Source of the DNA: Minisyncoccota bacterium
GTDB lineage: Bacteria; Patescibacteriota; Minisyncoccia; Phycocordibacterales; SW-6-46-9
DNA: 64,000 nucleotides
Direction of reading: 5' to 3'
Assembly (NCBI GenBank): GCA_040905385.1
Contig: JBBDRP010000002.1
Span: 679,010-743,009, forward strand
Numbering within the stretch: position 1 is the stretch's first letter; each line of letters begins with the position of its first letter. A program made the position numbers and the translations under genes. Below, in pieces: positions 19,140-29,784 of the stretch. The notes under the pieces were generated by a model, which saw nothing but the letters and a program-made list of their open reading frames with translations, ran no database searches and was not told where the DNA came from.

Positions 19140-20807
19140 TTAATTATCTTTACACGCCTTAATAAACGCATCAAAAAGCGGCTGGGAGGAACGGACTCGG
19201 GCCGTGAATTCGGGATGAAACTGTGTACCTAAAAAGAATGGATGTACATCACGCGGTAACTCGGCAATCTCCATCAGTTTTCCGTCCGGTGAACGGCCAG
19301 AAAACACCAAGCCAGCCGCTTCAAGTTGCTCGACGTAGGCATTATTAACCTCAAAGCGATGTCTATGCCGCTCAGACACCTGCATCTTCTCGTAGGCCTT
19401 CTGAGCGATTGTGCCGTCTTCCAGTTTTGCCGGATACACTCCCAACCGCATGGTGCCGCCGTACTCTCCGTCGGCTAACTTTGACTCCTGCTCGGCCATC
19501 ACACTGATGACCGGATGTGGTGAGTCGGGATCAATCTCGACGGTATGCGCATCCTCCAGCCCGGCGACATTACGGGCGAACTCAACCACCGCCAGCTGCA
19601 TCCCATAGCAGAGTCCGAAGAACGGAATCCCCTGCTTGCGAACGTACGCAATCGTTGCTAGCTTGCCATCGATACCGGTGGAGCCAAAGCCACCCGGTAC
19701 AATGACACCATCGTAATCTGCTAATTTTTCCAACGCCCCTTGGACGACCGAATCATTCTGATTCGGTTTAGTCTCGAACTCATCAGCATTAATCCAGTCG
19801 ACGTCAGCCGTGATACCAGCATAAGCGCTGGCGATCTTGATCGCCTCGATAACCGATATGTACGCATCCGACAGCTGAAAGTCACCGGTCGCAAAATACT
19901 TACCAACGACCGCTATACGAAGTGATTCACCTGCCTTTTTTTGAGCATCGGTAAACTTCTTCCAGTCGGAGAGATCAGTAGACTTATCCGGCAGCGAGAA
20001 GAAATCCAGTATTCGCGAACCAAGTCCGTCATCGGCAAAGTTCAGCGGAATGTCATAGATATTCTCGACATCTGGCGCGGAGATAACATTCTCCCTCTTT
20101 ACCCCACACATATTAGCAATCTTTTTCTTGCGCTTATCATCCAGTGGCGTTTCAGCGCGACCTATTATCATATCTGGTGCCACACCATAAGAGTTTAACT
20201 GACGAACCGCATTCTGGGTCGGCTTGGTCTTCATCTCACCAATTGATGGCGGAGTCGGTAAGTATGAGACCATCGCAAACATCACGTCGTCTGGACAGGC
20301 GCGCTTCAGTCGGCGGCCGGCCTCGATAAAAATGGCATTTTGGTACTCACCGACGGTACCGCCGATCTCAACAATGGTAATGTCCGCCTCGGTCTCCTTT
20401 GATGAATCTGTGATACGCCGCAGAATCTCCTCGGTAATGTGGTATGTCGGCTCCACACACTTGCCGTCGTACTCTAAAGCTCGCTCCTTGTTGATGACGT
20501 GCTGGAAGACCATACCATTGGTCATGTAATTACCACCTGGTAGCGAGCGGTCGAGAAAGCGCTCGTAGTTTCCCATATCTTGGTCAGTCTCCAGCCCAGA
20601 ATCAAGCACAAATACCTCGCCATGCTCGGTTGGGTTCATGGTGCCGGCATCGACATTTAAATATGGGTCAACCTTTATCGGACTCACGCTGTAACCAGCT
20701 GACTCTAAAATAGTAGCAATCGATGCCGTGGCAATTCCTTTACCGACGCCGCTCATGACACCACCGACCACAAAGATGTACTTGGTTCCATTGGTATTAA
20801 TTTTCAT
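19140..20807 (-). CDS. pyrG: CTP synthase
   Basis: GGVMSGVGKG, DPYLNVDAGTM, GLCYGMQ, QFHPE. Confidence 0.98.
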   Translation of the reverse strand: MKINTNGTKYIFVVGGVMSGVGKGIATASIATILESAGYSVSPIKVDPYLNVDAGTMNPTEHGEVFVLDSGLETDQDMGNYERFLDRSLPGGNYMTNGMVFQHVINKERALEYDGKCVEPTYHITEEILRRITDSSKETEADITIVEIGGTVGEYQNAIFIEAGRRLKRACPDDVMFAMVSYLPTPPSIGEMKTKPTQNAVRQLNSYGVAPDMIIGRAETPLDDKRKKKIANMCGVKRENVISAPDVENIYDIPLNFADDGLGSRILDFFSLPDKSTDLSDWKKFTDAQKKAGESLRIAVVGKYFATGDFQLSDAYISVIEAIKIASAYAGITADVDWINADEFETKPNQNDSVVQGALEKLADYDGVIVPGGFGSTGIDGKLATIAYVRKQGIPFFGLCYGMQLAVVEFARNVAGLEDAHTVEIDPDSPHPVISVMAEQESKLADGEYGGTMRLGVYPAKLEDGTIAQKAYEKMQVSERHRHRFEVNNAYVEQLEAAGLVFSGRSPDGKLMEIAELPRDVHPFFLGTQFHPEFTARVRSSQPLFDAFIKACKDN

Positions 20808-20999
20808 GAAGTAATTTCATTATAGCAAAAGCATGATTTCTCAGATAATAAAATAGTTAGATACAAGCCTGGTGCCGTGGGAGTACACGGTGCCAGGCGA
20901 ATCAACAAAACGCGACTGACTTATCTCTCGAACAACCAACAAAATTAAACGACTCAGGTCGGCACAAATATTCGGAAATCACTTTCTTCTGTAGATATC

Positions 21000-21929
21000 T
21001 TAGATATCCAAATACTTGCGAACAGCAATGTAGGAAGAAATCCCACCGAGCGCGATTCCGGTAATCATCAGGATAACGAAGAGTTCACCAAAGTTATTTA
21101 GGAAGTAAGTGAATGACCCCTCACCGCCAAAGAAGGTACTAGTTGTGTCTTCTCCCCAGAGAGAAATTGGATAAAAAAGAAGTAATGTAATCAGGGCCGA
21201 GACGATACCATACATAACACCCTCCAGCACGAACGGACCACGTACATATCCGCGTGAGGCACCCATCAACTCCATAACGGATATCTCATCTCGTGATGAG
21301 AAGATGGCTAGGCGGATCGTATTAAAGACAATCAAGGCAGCAATAAGCGCAAATACTATAATAACGAGGAAGCTGAAGGTGTCGAGCGACTGGATGATAC
21401 TTGTCAGTCGCTCAATAGCGTCACGGTTCTGCTGGAAATTAACCCGGTCAATAATGTTCTGGCTGCCAGCCACAACCGGCGCATCACTCTGGAGGTAGTT
21501 AGCGATGTCTTCGTAGTACTGTGAATCGGTCGCCTGCACGTTGAAGTAGGCGCCAAGTGGGTTTTCCTGTAGCTCCTCGAGTGCCTGGATGATTAGATCA
21601 TCATCGCGATTAGCACTGCGGAAGTTATCCAGCGCCTCCTGCTGCGAGACGTACTCGACTGCTGCCACATCATCGCGAGACTCGAGCGCACTCTGTAAAG
21701 ACAAAATGTCTGACTCCCGTGCATCGGTGGTGAAGTAGACGTTGATATCAACCTTCTCGGAGATCTGTTCCAGTGAAGTGTCTAGCATTGCCCCGATAAA
21801 AAGGAGGCTTCCCATAATAAACAACGTCACCGTCATGATCAGGATTGCTGAAGCGGTTATAAACTTGTTTCGCCAGAAGCTGGTAAAACCGGCTCGGATG
21901 ATGCGTTGTGAATTTTCAAAAAATGACAT
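21000..21929 (-). CDS. ftsX: Cell division permease FtsX
   Basis: NTIRLAI..R.EI..M.LMGA; follows ftsE. Confidence 0.92.
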   Translation of the reverse strand: MSFFENSQRIIRAGFTSFWRNKFITASAILIMTVTLFIMGSLLFIGAMLDTSLEQISEKVDINVYFTTDARESDILSLQSALESRDDVAAVEYVSQQEALDNFRSANRDDDLIIQALEELQENPLGAYFNVQATDSQYYEDIANYLQSDAPVVAGSQNIIDRVNFQQNRDAIERLTSIIQSLDTFSFLVIIVFALIAALIVFNTIRLAIFSSRDEISVMELMGASRGYVRGPFVLEGVMYGIVSALITLLLFYPISLWGEDTTSTFFGGEGSFTYFLNNFGELFVILMITGIALGGISSYIAVRKYLDI

Positions 21930-21936
21930 AGCAGGT

Positions 21937-22653
21937 TTATAAGTGGTAAGAACCAGTCTCATCATCACGAATAATGCGACCGTTCTTCATCGTCAATACT
22001 CTGTTCTCTAGTATATCAACAACTCCCTTGTCATGTGTTGAAAGAAGCACGGTAGTGCCAAGATTATTGATTTTTTTCAGTATCTGCATGACTTCGTAGG
22101 TATTGACAGGATCCAGGTTACCGGTTGGCTCGTCTGCCACCACTACATCCGGCTGATTAACGATCGCACGAGCAATAGCCAACCGCTGCTTCTCACCACC
22201 AGATAGTTCGGTCGGGAAATGCCAGGTCTTCTCACGCAGTCCAACAAGATCAAGCACATACGGAACATCTACCTCGATCTCGTCGTCTTCACGTCCGGCC
22301 GCCTCCATCGCAAAGGAGATGTTCTCGTACGCCGTTTTGTGACTCAGCAGTCGAAAGTCCTGAAACACCATTCCGATTCGGCGCCGTAATTTTGTACGTT
22401 CATACTTAGGAAGCTTATGTACAATCGTAGACTCAAAAAGTACATTCCCGCTGGATGGATGCACCTCGGCAAGTAGTAGTTTCAGCAGCGTGGTTTTTCC
22501 GGCTCCTGAATGCCCCACGATTGATACGAACTCGGATGGCTCGATCGTGAAGTTAATGTCCTCTACCGCGACCGAATTACCAAGATATACCTTGGATACA
22601 TTATCAAAATGAATAAGGCTTGAACGAACTGATTTTTTACTTTCTCTATTCAT
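21937..22653 (-). CDS. ftsE: Cell division ATP-binding protein FtsE
   Basis: GHSGAGKT, VFQDFRLL, LSGGE, ADEPTGNLD. Confidence 0.93.
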   Translation of the reverse strand: MNRESKKSVRSSLIHFDNVSKVYLGNSVAVEDINFTIEPSEFVSIVGHSGAGKTTLLKLLLAEVHPSSGNVLFESTIVHKLPKYERTKLRRRIGMVFQDFRLLSHKTAYENISFAMEAAGREDDEIEVDVPYVLDLVGLREKTWHFPTELSGGEKQRLAIARAIVNQPDVVVADEPTGNLDPVNTYEVMQILKKINNLGTTVLLSTHDKGVVDILENRVLTMKNGRIIRDDETGSYHL

Positions 22654-22671
22654 TGGTATGAAAATTTAGGC

Positions 22672-23577
22672 TTATTCAGTTTCGGACGTACTTTCTTCAT
22701 GCAACTTAGCAGCCGAGATAAACTCATCAATATCACCGGCAAGCACGGCTTCTACATCACCTACTTCGTGTTTAGTTCGATGATCTTTTACGAGCGTGTA
22801 CGGATCCAGCACATAGCTGCGCATCTGGTTTCCCCACTCATTATCAGCTGATGTTGTTGGGGAAAATTCCTGCTGCCGGGCTTTCTTTTCAGCTTCTCTC
22901 TTATGATACAGTTTTCCGCGTAAAATTTCCAATGCCTTTTGTCGGTTGGCCTGCTGAGTGCGTTCGCTATCAGTTCGAACCGCAATCCCGGTCGGTTTGT
23001 GTGTCATTCGCACAGCAGTTTCGCGGCGATTGACGTTTTGCCCGCCGGCCCCTCCTGACCGCGTAAAGGTGATATCCAGGTCGCTTTCATCTATATCCAC
23101 CTCATCCATGTCGGCCATTTCTGGCACAACCTCAACCAGTGCAAAGGAGGTATGTCGCTTGCCGTCGGAATTAAACGGTGACTTTCGTACCAGTCGATGC
23201 ACACCGGATTCATACTGTAACTTTCCGTAGACACCGTCGCCGACCACATCCACGGTTACGTGCTTGATACCACCATGGTCATCCTCGGTCTTGTGTACCA
23301 GCCGAATCTTCCATCCCTGCTTGGCGGCATACCCACCATACATCTCCAGAAGCATTCGGGCAAAATCATCAGCATCAAGGCCACCAGCACCGGACATAAT
23401 TGAAAGCACAGCATTACGCCCGTCAAAAGAGCCGACATACTGGCGCTTTTTCTTCATCTCTTCGTACTCAGAAATAACTTCCTGAGCCGCTGCCTTATCC
23501 TGCCAGAAATCAGGCTGATTCATTTGCTCGAGTAGATCGGCGAGCTTTTTTTCTATGTCATCGACGGTCTCCATCAC
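22672..23577 (-). CDS. prfB: Peptide chain release factor 2 (short N-terminus)
   Basis: SPF and GGQ motifs, [16 protein letters not shown]. Confidence 0.92.
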   Translation of the reverse strand: MMETVDDIEKKLADLLEQMNQPDFWQDKAAAQEVISEYEEMKKKRQYVGSFDGRNAVLSIMSGAGGLDADDFARMLLEMYGGYAAKQGWKIRLVHKTEDDHGGIKHVTVDVVGDGVYGKLQYESGVHRLVRKSPFNSDGKRHTSFALVEVVPEMADMDEVDIDESDLDITFTRSGGAGGQNVNRRETAVRMTHKPTGIAVRTDSERTQQANRQKALEILRGKLYHKREAEKKARQQEFSPTTSADNEWGNQMRSYVLDPYTLVKDHRTKHEVGDVEAVLAGDIDEFISAAKLHEESTSETE

Positions 23578-23619
23578 CTTGTAAGTATAGCAGATAGGCC
23601 ACTGGACGAATAAGCTGTG

Positions 23620-26013
23620 TTACTGAACACTTGCGGTGATGTCGTAGCACGTTGAGATTGTATTGAGTGATGTGGATCCACAAGCCGTACCGGCACCGTT
23701 GAAGCCGTTTGTAAAGTTCTGAGCAGCAGAGTTAAAGTTAGCGTCGTTTGGTGTATCCATACGCAGATACGTCTGCAGAGTAGCACCAAGGTGGTAACGA
23801 TCGGCTGACTGAGAAACTCCATAGGAGTATGCAACTGCAGTCATTGGGTCACGTGGAATACTGCTAAGGACTGTATTCTGACCGCTCGTAAGTTGAGAAA
23901 GATTACCTGGGAAGGAACCGTTCTCACTGGCGTACATGCGCAGTGCGGCTTTTATCTGCTGAACATCGTTGATACGGAGCTGGTCAAAGCGACGCATATT
24001 ATCCACCGACATCTGCGGACCAGTATCATCCGGCTCGTCATCATCACTTGTGTCAGAATCAGTGCTGGTAGCATCATCATTGTTAGATGAATCCGAATCG
24101 GTACTTGTAGCATCGCTCGTGTCATCATCAGATGGATCAATCTCATCTGACTCGTCGTCATCTATGTCGTCAAGTTGACTGGTTGTGTCCTCAGGAGAGA
24201 AGATCGCTGCCAGTATCTGTTCCGTCGACCGCGCCTCGTAAGAAGGAGTTGTTTCCGGGATGTAACCATGATTTTTAATCTGTAAATTTATCTGCATGTC
24301 CTGACCGTCCGCGCCTGTACCAATTAACGTAATCTGATATGGCACGTTAGTTTCACTGTCTAGCCACGCCTGCCCTTGAACCGGCTGGAAGGCCCCGACG
24401 GTGGCTTGAAGATTGCTGATAACATCCTGTGAGACAGCACTATCAAACAAGGCTTGGTAGAGTATAGCGTACTCAGAGACAAGCTGACCTGGTTCAGCAG
24501 TAATGCCGAAGCGATTAGTTGTAAACCCATCATTGCTGTCACTCTGACCGAGCTGCTCTTCAGTTTGAAACTCGCCCAGTGTAAAGAACTCCGGAGTAAG
24601 TAGAATGTCTCGAATAGTTTCTCGTTGAATGGCTGGAACACTCACAATATTCTCTACCTCTGGCATAACTGCCTGAATCGGAGAAAAACTCGGCTCCGAA
24701 TGCGTAACCACATAGTAACTCTGCGTCTCAGTATCGGTATTTAAATCCATCACTCCCTCAATAGTTAGTCTGTCTGTTGTTGTATCTAATTCATTAGCAG
24801 ACTCGATCATAATACGAAAATCAAACGTCTCTGCTTCCGCCAGTGAGTTCATCATCTGTTCAGCTGTTACCTCCGGAGATGAGTCTTGGAAGTAGGTCAT
24901 ATAAGCGTATGCTGCACCACCACCGATCAATGCCAGTACCAAAATAAAGATAAGGATTGAAACAAACTTAGATCCTGACCCACTTTTCTTTTTTCCCCTC
25001 GTCGGCTTACTTGCCTTTGCTGTCGTTTTACCGGCCGAGAAACGACGCTTGCCATCAGAGGTGCTTTCGGGGCCTGATTGATCATCTGAAGGCATTCTTT
25101 TGGGCTTTGCCGCCGGCTTGTCATTAACTGGCTCCATCTGATTACGTGGATTATCAATTAGTTCATTACCAAGATTTTTACGTGCTCCTTGAGCTGACGC
25201 AACGCTTTCGACAGCTTTATTAAGACCATCATCATTTATCTTCTGCTTCTGAGCTGGAGAGCGCTTCACACGCACGCCATCTGTCTTTTTGACGTGACGA
25301 GCCTTTGCCCCTTTCGGTTCATCAACTTTTTCGGATTTCTGACCGTTGCCACCAGCCTGCTGACTATCTCTGTGAAAGGTACGAATCGCTAACGGACCAG
25401 GGTCATTTTCTTCACCCTCACCTTCAGCAGCTAGTTTCTTCATCTCCTCATGTGAATCCAGTGGATTCGTAGAACCGCCAATATTCTTCAACTCTCGAGG
25501 TTCATCAGATTCCTGTGTTGATGACGTATCATCATCTTCCTGCTCGTCCATACTGACAGTTGATTGATTATCTTCTGCTACTACACCCTCTTGGGTGGCA
25601 GGAGTGGTTTCGGACTGCGTATCTAGTTGATCTTCCTCGTCCTCATCAGCAGAATCTGGCAAGTCACCGATCTTTTCAGAATCATCGTCCTTTAGCTCAG
25701 TCTGATCCTGCAGATCAGCAGCGTTATCAGTGTCTTCAGATTCTATCGGTTCACGATAGAAATCGTCAGATTCTGATTCATCTGTTGTGTCGATCGATTG
25801 ATTACCACGGCTTTTCTGGACCGCTTCCTCGCGTACCTGTTGGTGGGCAGCCGATGAGTTGTCGGCATCAAGATTAGTCTCAATTGCCCCAAAACCCTCG
25901 TCGACATCCTCCTGACGCCAGCCGGCCGAGAGAAGATTGTCTTTAATCATCTCGTCATCAATACCAGCTTCCTGCTGGCTTGAAATATATGTAAGTAGTT
26001 GCTGATTTATCAT
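23620..26013 (-). CDS. Large acidic membrane protein with C-terminal pilin/GspG-like domain
   Basis: Long acidic linker, single TM, D..R..D..QI..AL..Y....GSFP..IPRDP. Confidence 0.7.
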   Translation of the reverse strand: MINQQLLTYISSQQEAGIDDEMIKDNLLSAGWRQEDVDEGFGAIETNLDADNSSAAHQQVREEAVQKSRGNQSIDTTDESESDDFYREPIESEDTDNAADLQDQTELKDDDSEKIGDLPDSADEDEEDQLDTQSETTPATQEGVVAEDNQSTVSMDEQEDDDTSSTQESDEPRELKNIGGSTNPLDSHEEMKKLAAEGEGEENDPGPLAIRTFHRDSQQAGGNGQKSEKVDEPKGAKARHVKKTDGVRVKRSPAQKQKINDDGLNKAVESVASAQGARKNLGNELIDNPRNQMEPVNDKPAAKPKRMPSDDQSGPESTSDGKRRFSAGKTTAKASKPTRGKKKSGSGSKFVSILIFILVLALIGGGAAYAYMTYFQDSSPEVTAEQMMNSLAEAETFDFRIMIESANELDTTTDRLTIEGVMDLNTDTETQSYYVVTHSEPSFSPIQAVMPEVENIVSVPAIQRETIRDILLTPEFFTLGEFQTEEQLGQSDSNDGFTTNRFGITAEPGQLVSEYAILYQALFDSAVSQDVISNLQATVGAFQPVQGQAWLDSETNVPYQITLIGTGADGQDMQINLQIKNHGYIPETTPSYEARSTEQILAAIFSPEDTTSQLDDIDDDESDEIDPSDDDTSDATSTDSDSSNNDDATSTDSDTSDDDEPDDTGPQMSVDNMRRFDQLRINDVQQIKAALRMYASENGSFPGNLSQLTSGQNTVLSSIPRDPMTAVAYSYGVSQSADRYHLGATLQTYLRMDTPNDANFNSAAQNFTNGFNGAGTACGSTSLNTISTCYDITASVQ

Positions 26014-26145
26014 ATAAAAATCACGGGCTGTTTTCTCTGTCTTGTATAATAACACGCCTTTTCCTTTGTATACCTGCACTCACGATAGGTTTTCCACACG
26101 ACACTTAGACCTACCTTCACCTTGCGTCCTCCTGCAAATGAAAAT

Positions 26146-26562
26146 TTACTGCAATGGTTTAGCTCTAAGTGTTGACGACTCAAAGAGACCGACAACTAAT
26201 AAAAAAACAACCAAAACCAACGGAATCCACAAAAATGGTGTAACAATTATGCAAAAATATTTATCTCCTTTCGATTCAAACTCTTTTGCTCTCCACCTCT
26301 TTAGTAGCAAGTTTATGTAAGTCACTGCTACCGGAGCTAAAATTATAAAAGCAAAAAACGCTTGAAAGTAAGCAGGAAACGACCCCAGAATTTGATCATA
26401 AGCTGCAACACCGGATATGTCTCGATAGAAATATGGATAGAGAACCGTGGAAGGAATAACAAAAATTATACCAAGTAATATAGATAATGACCGGCGACCC
26501 CATTTTGAATCCGGCGCATACTTTTTTAGCTTATCTAGTTTCTTAATGATTTTCATATACAT
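26146..26562 (-). CDS. Membrane hypothetical protein
   Basis: Three TM segments. Confidence 0.55.
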   Translation of the reverse strand: MYMKIIKKLDKLKKYAPDSKWGRRSLSILLGIIFVIPSTVLYPYFYRDISGVAAYDQILGSFPAYFQAFFAFIILAPVAVTYINLLLKRWRAKEFESKGDKYFCIIVTPFLWIPLVLVVFLLVVGLFESSTLRAKPLQ

Positions 26563-26659
26563 TCATATTATCATGAGTGAAGGGGTGTAGAGACTTATTT
26601 GTATTCTCTTGGAGTGCGATCTCAGAACGAAGTACAGAGTGGTGTGCTCATTATCTGAG

Positions 26660-26731
26660 AGCCGGAGAGAGGAATTGAACCTCCGACCTATCCCTTACGA
26701 AGGGATTGCTCTACCCCTGAGCTACTCCGGC
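26660..26731 (-). tRNA. tRNA-Thr(CGT)
   Basis: ATCCC-TTCGTAA-GGGAT anticodon arm; full cloverleaf. Confidence 0.93.
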
Positions 26732-26809
26732 TCTCAGATAACCAACCTGGCTGGACAAATTAGTATTGTATACTAAAGAGGAGGAATTATTAACTCATAT
26801 ACCCACATC

Positions 26810-27112
26810 ATGTTATTTCGCACACGTAATATCATCAACAGTGTAATCAACATCATTCTGACCATCGTTGAAGGACTGCTACTTTTCCGCCTCATTCTTA
26901 AGCTACTTGCCGCAGACTCATCAGCCATCTTTACTCGCTGGATTTACGAAACAAGTCAGCCACTTCTAGCTCCATTTGAGGGTATGTTCCCGACTGTCGT
27001 TGAGTCCGGAATCGCGCTTGAGATGTCGACATTGTTTGCGATTATGGTCTACGCGCTGCTTGGCTACCTACTCATCGCTATTGTAGACACGGTGTACAAC
27101 GCCAGTAAATAA
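26810..27112 (+). CDS. YggT-family membrane protein
   Basis: R..LKL..A..F..WIY..S.PLLAPF.G.FP. Confidence 0.8.
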   Translation: MLFRTRNIINSVINIILTIVEGLLLFRLILKLLAADSSAIFTRWIYETSQPLLAPFEGMFPTVVESGIALEMSTLFAIMVYALLGYLLIAIVDTVYNASK

Positions 27113-27206
27113 TTTATAAATTCCCTGGTGCAAAAAAGCCTCCTGGTATGGAGGCTTTTTGTATCCTGGTGACAGGGTAGTAGAAAATAAAAGCTATTTT
27201 CCTCTG

Positions 27207-27282
27207 TGCGGCTGCCAAGATTCGAACTTGGGACCTCACCGTTATCAGCGGTGCGCTCTAAACCAGGCTGAGCTACAGCCGC
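27207..27282 (-). tRNA. tRNA-Ile(GAT)
   Basis: CACCG-CTGATAA-CGGTG anticodon arm. Confidence 0.93.
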
Positions 27283-27342
27283 ACGCAAGAAAATAGCATT
27301 GCTTTTATTTATTTGTTTCGAGTAAAGTGCTCACACGATTAG

Positions 27343-27382
27343 TATCAGCGGTGCGTTCTAAACCAAGCTGAGCTATAGCCGC
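27343..27382 (-). pseudogene. Isolated 5' half of tRNA-Ile, ending just after the anticodon
   Basis: 40 nt with 3 mismatches to 27243-27282. Confidence 0.85.
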
Positions 27383-27431
27383 AAACAAATACCATCTTAC
27401 AGTTTTTCTCCAACAATCTCAAGAAAACTTA

Positions 27432-28220
27432 CTAAAGTGACTGCAACTTCTGCAAAAGAGCTTCGTAATCAAGAGAGCCGTTTGTAACTACCAAATTACC
27501 ACTGTCTGGCTGCCAACTTTTGCCCGCAAAATCAGTAACCGTACAACCCGCCTGAGACATGACCAGCGACGGACCGGCGTAATCCCATGGACTACTTCCA
27601 CGAGAAATATACCAATCACGCCGGCCAGCAGCCAACCAAACGCCGGTAACTGCCGGTGAAGCAATAGCACTGCACCACGCCTCTCCATCTGATAGTTCCG
27701 ATACGGCCGCTTTGGTTTCATTCTCTTTTTGATTTACACCAATATTTCCGATTCCGTATGTTTTCTTCCAGTTATTTTGTTTAGAGGAGTGGATTATTTT
27801 TTCATTTAATTCAGTTCCTTTATCAATCTCTGCATAGCAAAGTTCATCAGTTGCTGGTAAGTAAATTGCTGCGTGCGTCACCTGCTTTTTCTTATTATCC
27901 CAGACGCCAATATTGATACCGAAAAGCTCGACCTCACTACTAAAATTGAGCGTACCATCAAGCGGATCAAGAAACCATGTGTATGGCGCATCAGTTGCGA
28001 CACTTGCTTGAGAATAATCACCCTCTTCGGCCACGATATGGTGATTAGGATACTCTCTCTCGATTGCCTGGACCATCACTCGCTGAGAAGCCAGATCTGC
28101 CTCGGTCATAATATCATTGATTCCCTCACCCTTTGTTTGTACCTGCAAATCAACAGTCTTAAATCGCTTCATTAATTCATCGCCGGCCACTTTAATTGTT
28201 TGAGTAATAAAATCTTTCAT
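27432..28220 (-). CDS. Inositol monophosphatase family protein
   Basis: AEE, LDPLDGT.NF, PWD motifs. Confidence 0.9.
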   Translation of the reverse strand: MKDFITQTIKVAGDELMKRFKTVDLQVQTKGEGINDIMTEADLASQRVMVQAIEREYPNHHIVAEEGDYSQASVATDAPYTWFLDPLDGTLNFSSEVELFGINIGVWDNKKKQVTHAAIYLPATDELCYAEIDKGTELNEKIIHSSKQNNWKKTYGIGNIGVNQKENETKAAVSELSDGEAWCSAIASPAVTGVWLAAGRRDWYISRGSSPWDYAGPSLVMSQAGCTVTDFAGKSWQPDSGNLVVTNGSLDYEALLQKLQSL

Positions 28221-28399
28221 ATCTTTAGTGTAGCAAATTTAAAAGCCACCGCGGTGAAACCGGATGGCTTTAAATTAATCGGTGGCAGTTTGTCTCATGC
28301 GAGACTCATGGTGCCAACCATGAACAATTTTGAATTCGCTTCTCTCAGGTTGTTAGGCTGAAAGGCCCTTCTCGGAGTCTTGTCCGAGTGCAGTAAGGC

Positions 28400-28696
28400 T
28401 TACTCGTGGCTTAGCGCACTCTTTTTACTGTCTGTATCTCCAACAAAGTAGAGATAGATAGCAGCCAGAGCTAGTAGTATCGCCACCACCCAGTACACAT
28501 AAGGCGGCAGGTTTACATACCAAGCACTCCCGAAAACATCGAGAAAGAGGTATCCGTCTGGAGCAGTGTACTCACCTGAAAAAGCTAAGTCATCTGACAG
28601 CCCAAGCTTGATACCAAAGTTGGCAACTTGGATTCCTGCGACTAAACCGGCTGCAAGCAGTAAAAATGCAGAGAGTAAACGATTGATGTATTGCAT
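28400..28696 (-). CDS. Small membrane protein
   Basis: Two TM segments. Confidence 0.55.
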   Translation of the reverse strand: MQYINRLLSAFLLLAAGLVAGIQVANFGIKLGLSDDLAFSGEYTAPDGYLFLDVFGSAWYVNLPPYVYWVVAILLALAAIYLYFVGDTDSKKSALSHE

Positions 28697-28826
28697 TTAT
28701 TTGGGGTTTAAATTAAGGTTCCTGTTTCTGATTATTATATTAAACCAATAAATGTTGTTTGTCAAATCTACGTCAATAAATTTAAAAGCCATACCGGAAA
28801 ATCCGATATGGCTTTTTTGATTTGAT

Positions 28827-29363
28827 TTATTTACGCTGAAACATAAACCCCTGCGTACAATGATTTGGATCAGCACGGTCCATAGGAACATCAGTAATAT
28901 AAAGTTGTTCACCCAGCGAAGTAGTTGTAATGGAAAGTGAACGTGATAACTTCTCAGTCATAGCAATCACACCATCCATACTGTGTTCTTCTATACCCTT
29001 TTTGCCCCACAAATCCAAAACAAGACAAGCTGTCTCTGGATGCACATAAGAATAACCACGTCGGGATGCCTCCTCTCTGACATCATCAAAGAAGAGATGA
29101 CTACCTCGAAATGCTAAGCCCTTCATGATTAGTAACTGATATTTTATTCCGTTAGAAATTCCTTCATTGAACTGAGGTTCCTTAAGCAAGTGAGGAACAC
29201 CGCAGGCTGAAACTGTATATTCTTGTCCAAGACTATAACCAGCCTGAGAAAACTTTTCATACCATTGCTTTCCTGTCATTCCGTTAGATATTACTTCTAA
29301 CTCAATGATATATTTTTCGTCTTGATACCATTTCGTTTCTTTCTTCGTTATCATAGTAAACAC
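28827..29363 (-). CDS. Hypothetical protein
   Basis: ORF between a promoter-like sequence and a terminator. Confidence 0.6.
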   Translation of the reverse strand: MFTMITKKETKWYQDEKYIIELEVISNGMTGKQWYEKFSQAGYSLGQEYTVSACGVPHLLKEPQFNEGISNGIKYQLLIMKGLAFRGSHLFFDDVREEASRRGYSYVHPETACLVLDLWGKKGIEEHSMDGVIAMTEKLSRSLSITTTSLGEQLYITDVPMDRADPNHCTQGFMFQRK

Positions 29364-29553
29364 CTTTTATTTAATTATTATTGTTCTAATTTTCTGTTAT
29401 TTATAATACATTATTTAAATGTACTTGTAAAGTGCTAAAATGTCGCTTATTTAGGGCTGTTTATTCAAACCCACCTACTTGTAGCCACAAGTAGGTGGAT
29501 AAATTTAAAAGCCACCTCGGTTGTGCCGGGTGGCTTTTTTGATTTTTGTGAAT

Positions 29554-29784
29554 TTACTTCACTACGCTCTTATGCAGTTTATTCTTCACTTCTCTTACTG
29601 TTGGATTAGATGGTATCTCGCTAACAACAAGATGGTAAGCATCCTCAAGAATTAGTGGTTTGAGCTCTTTTTCCAGCCTCTCCATCTCTTCTTTCGTACC
29701 AGCAGCTAAAATTTGAAGAGTGAGATAATCGTACTTGTGAGAAGGGATAACGTTTAATACATGCACATTATTCATAACTATCAC
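29554..29784 (-). CDS. Hypothetical protein
   Basis: ORF between a promoter-like sequence and a terminator. Confidence 0.5.
   Translation of the reverse strand: MIVMNNVHVLNVIPSHKYDYLTLQILAAGTKEEMERLEKELKPLILEDAYHLVVSEIPSNPTVREVKNKLHKSVVK

Noticed and set aside
27343-27382. Split or trans-spliced tRNA
   Set aside because: An intact gene is adjacent, no separate 3' half is visible, and the copy carries substitutions consistent with decay
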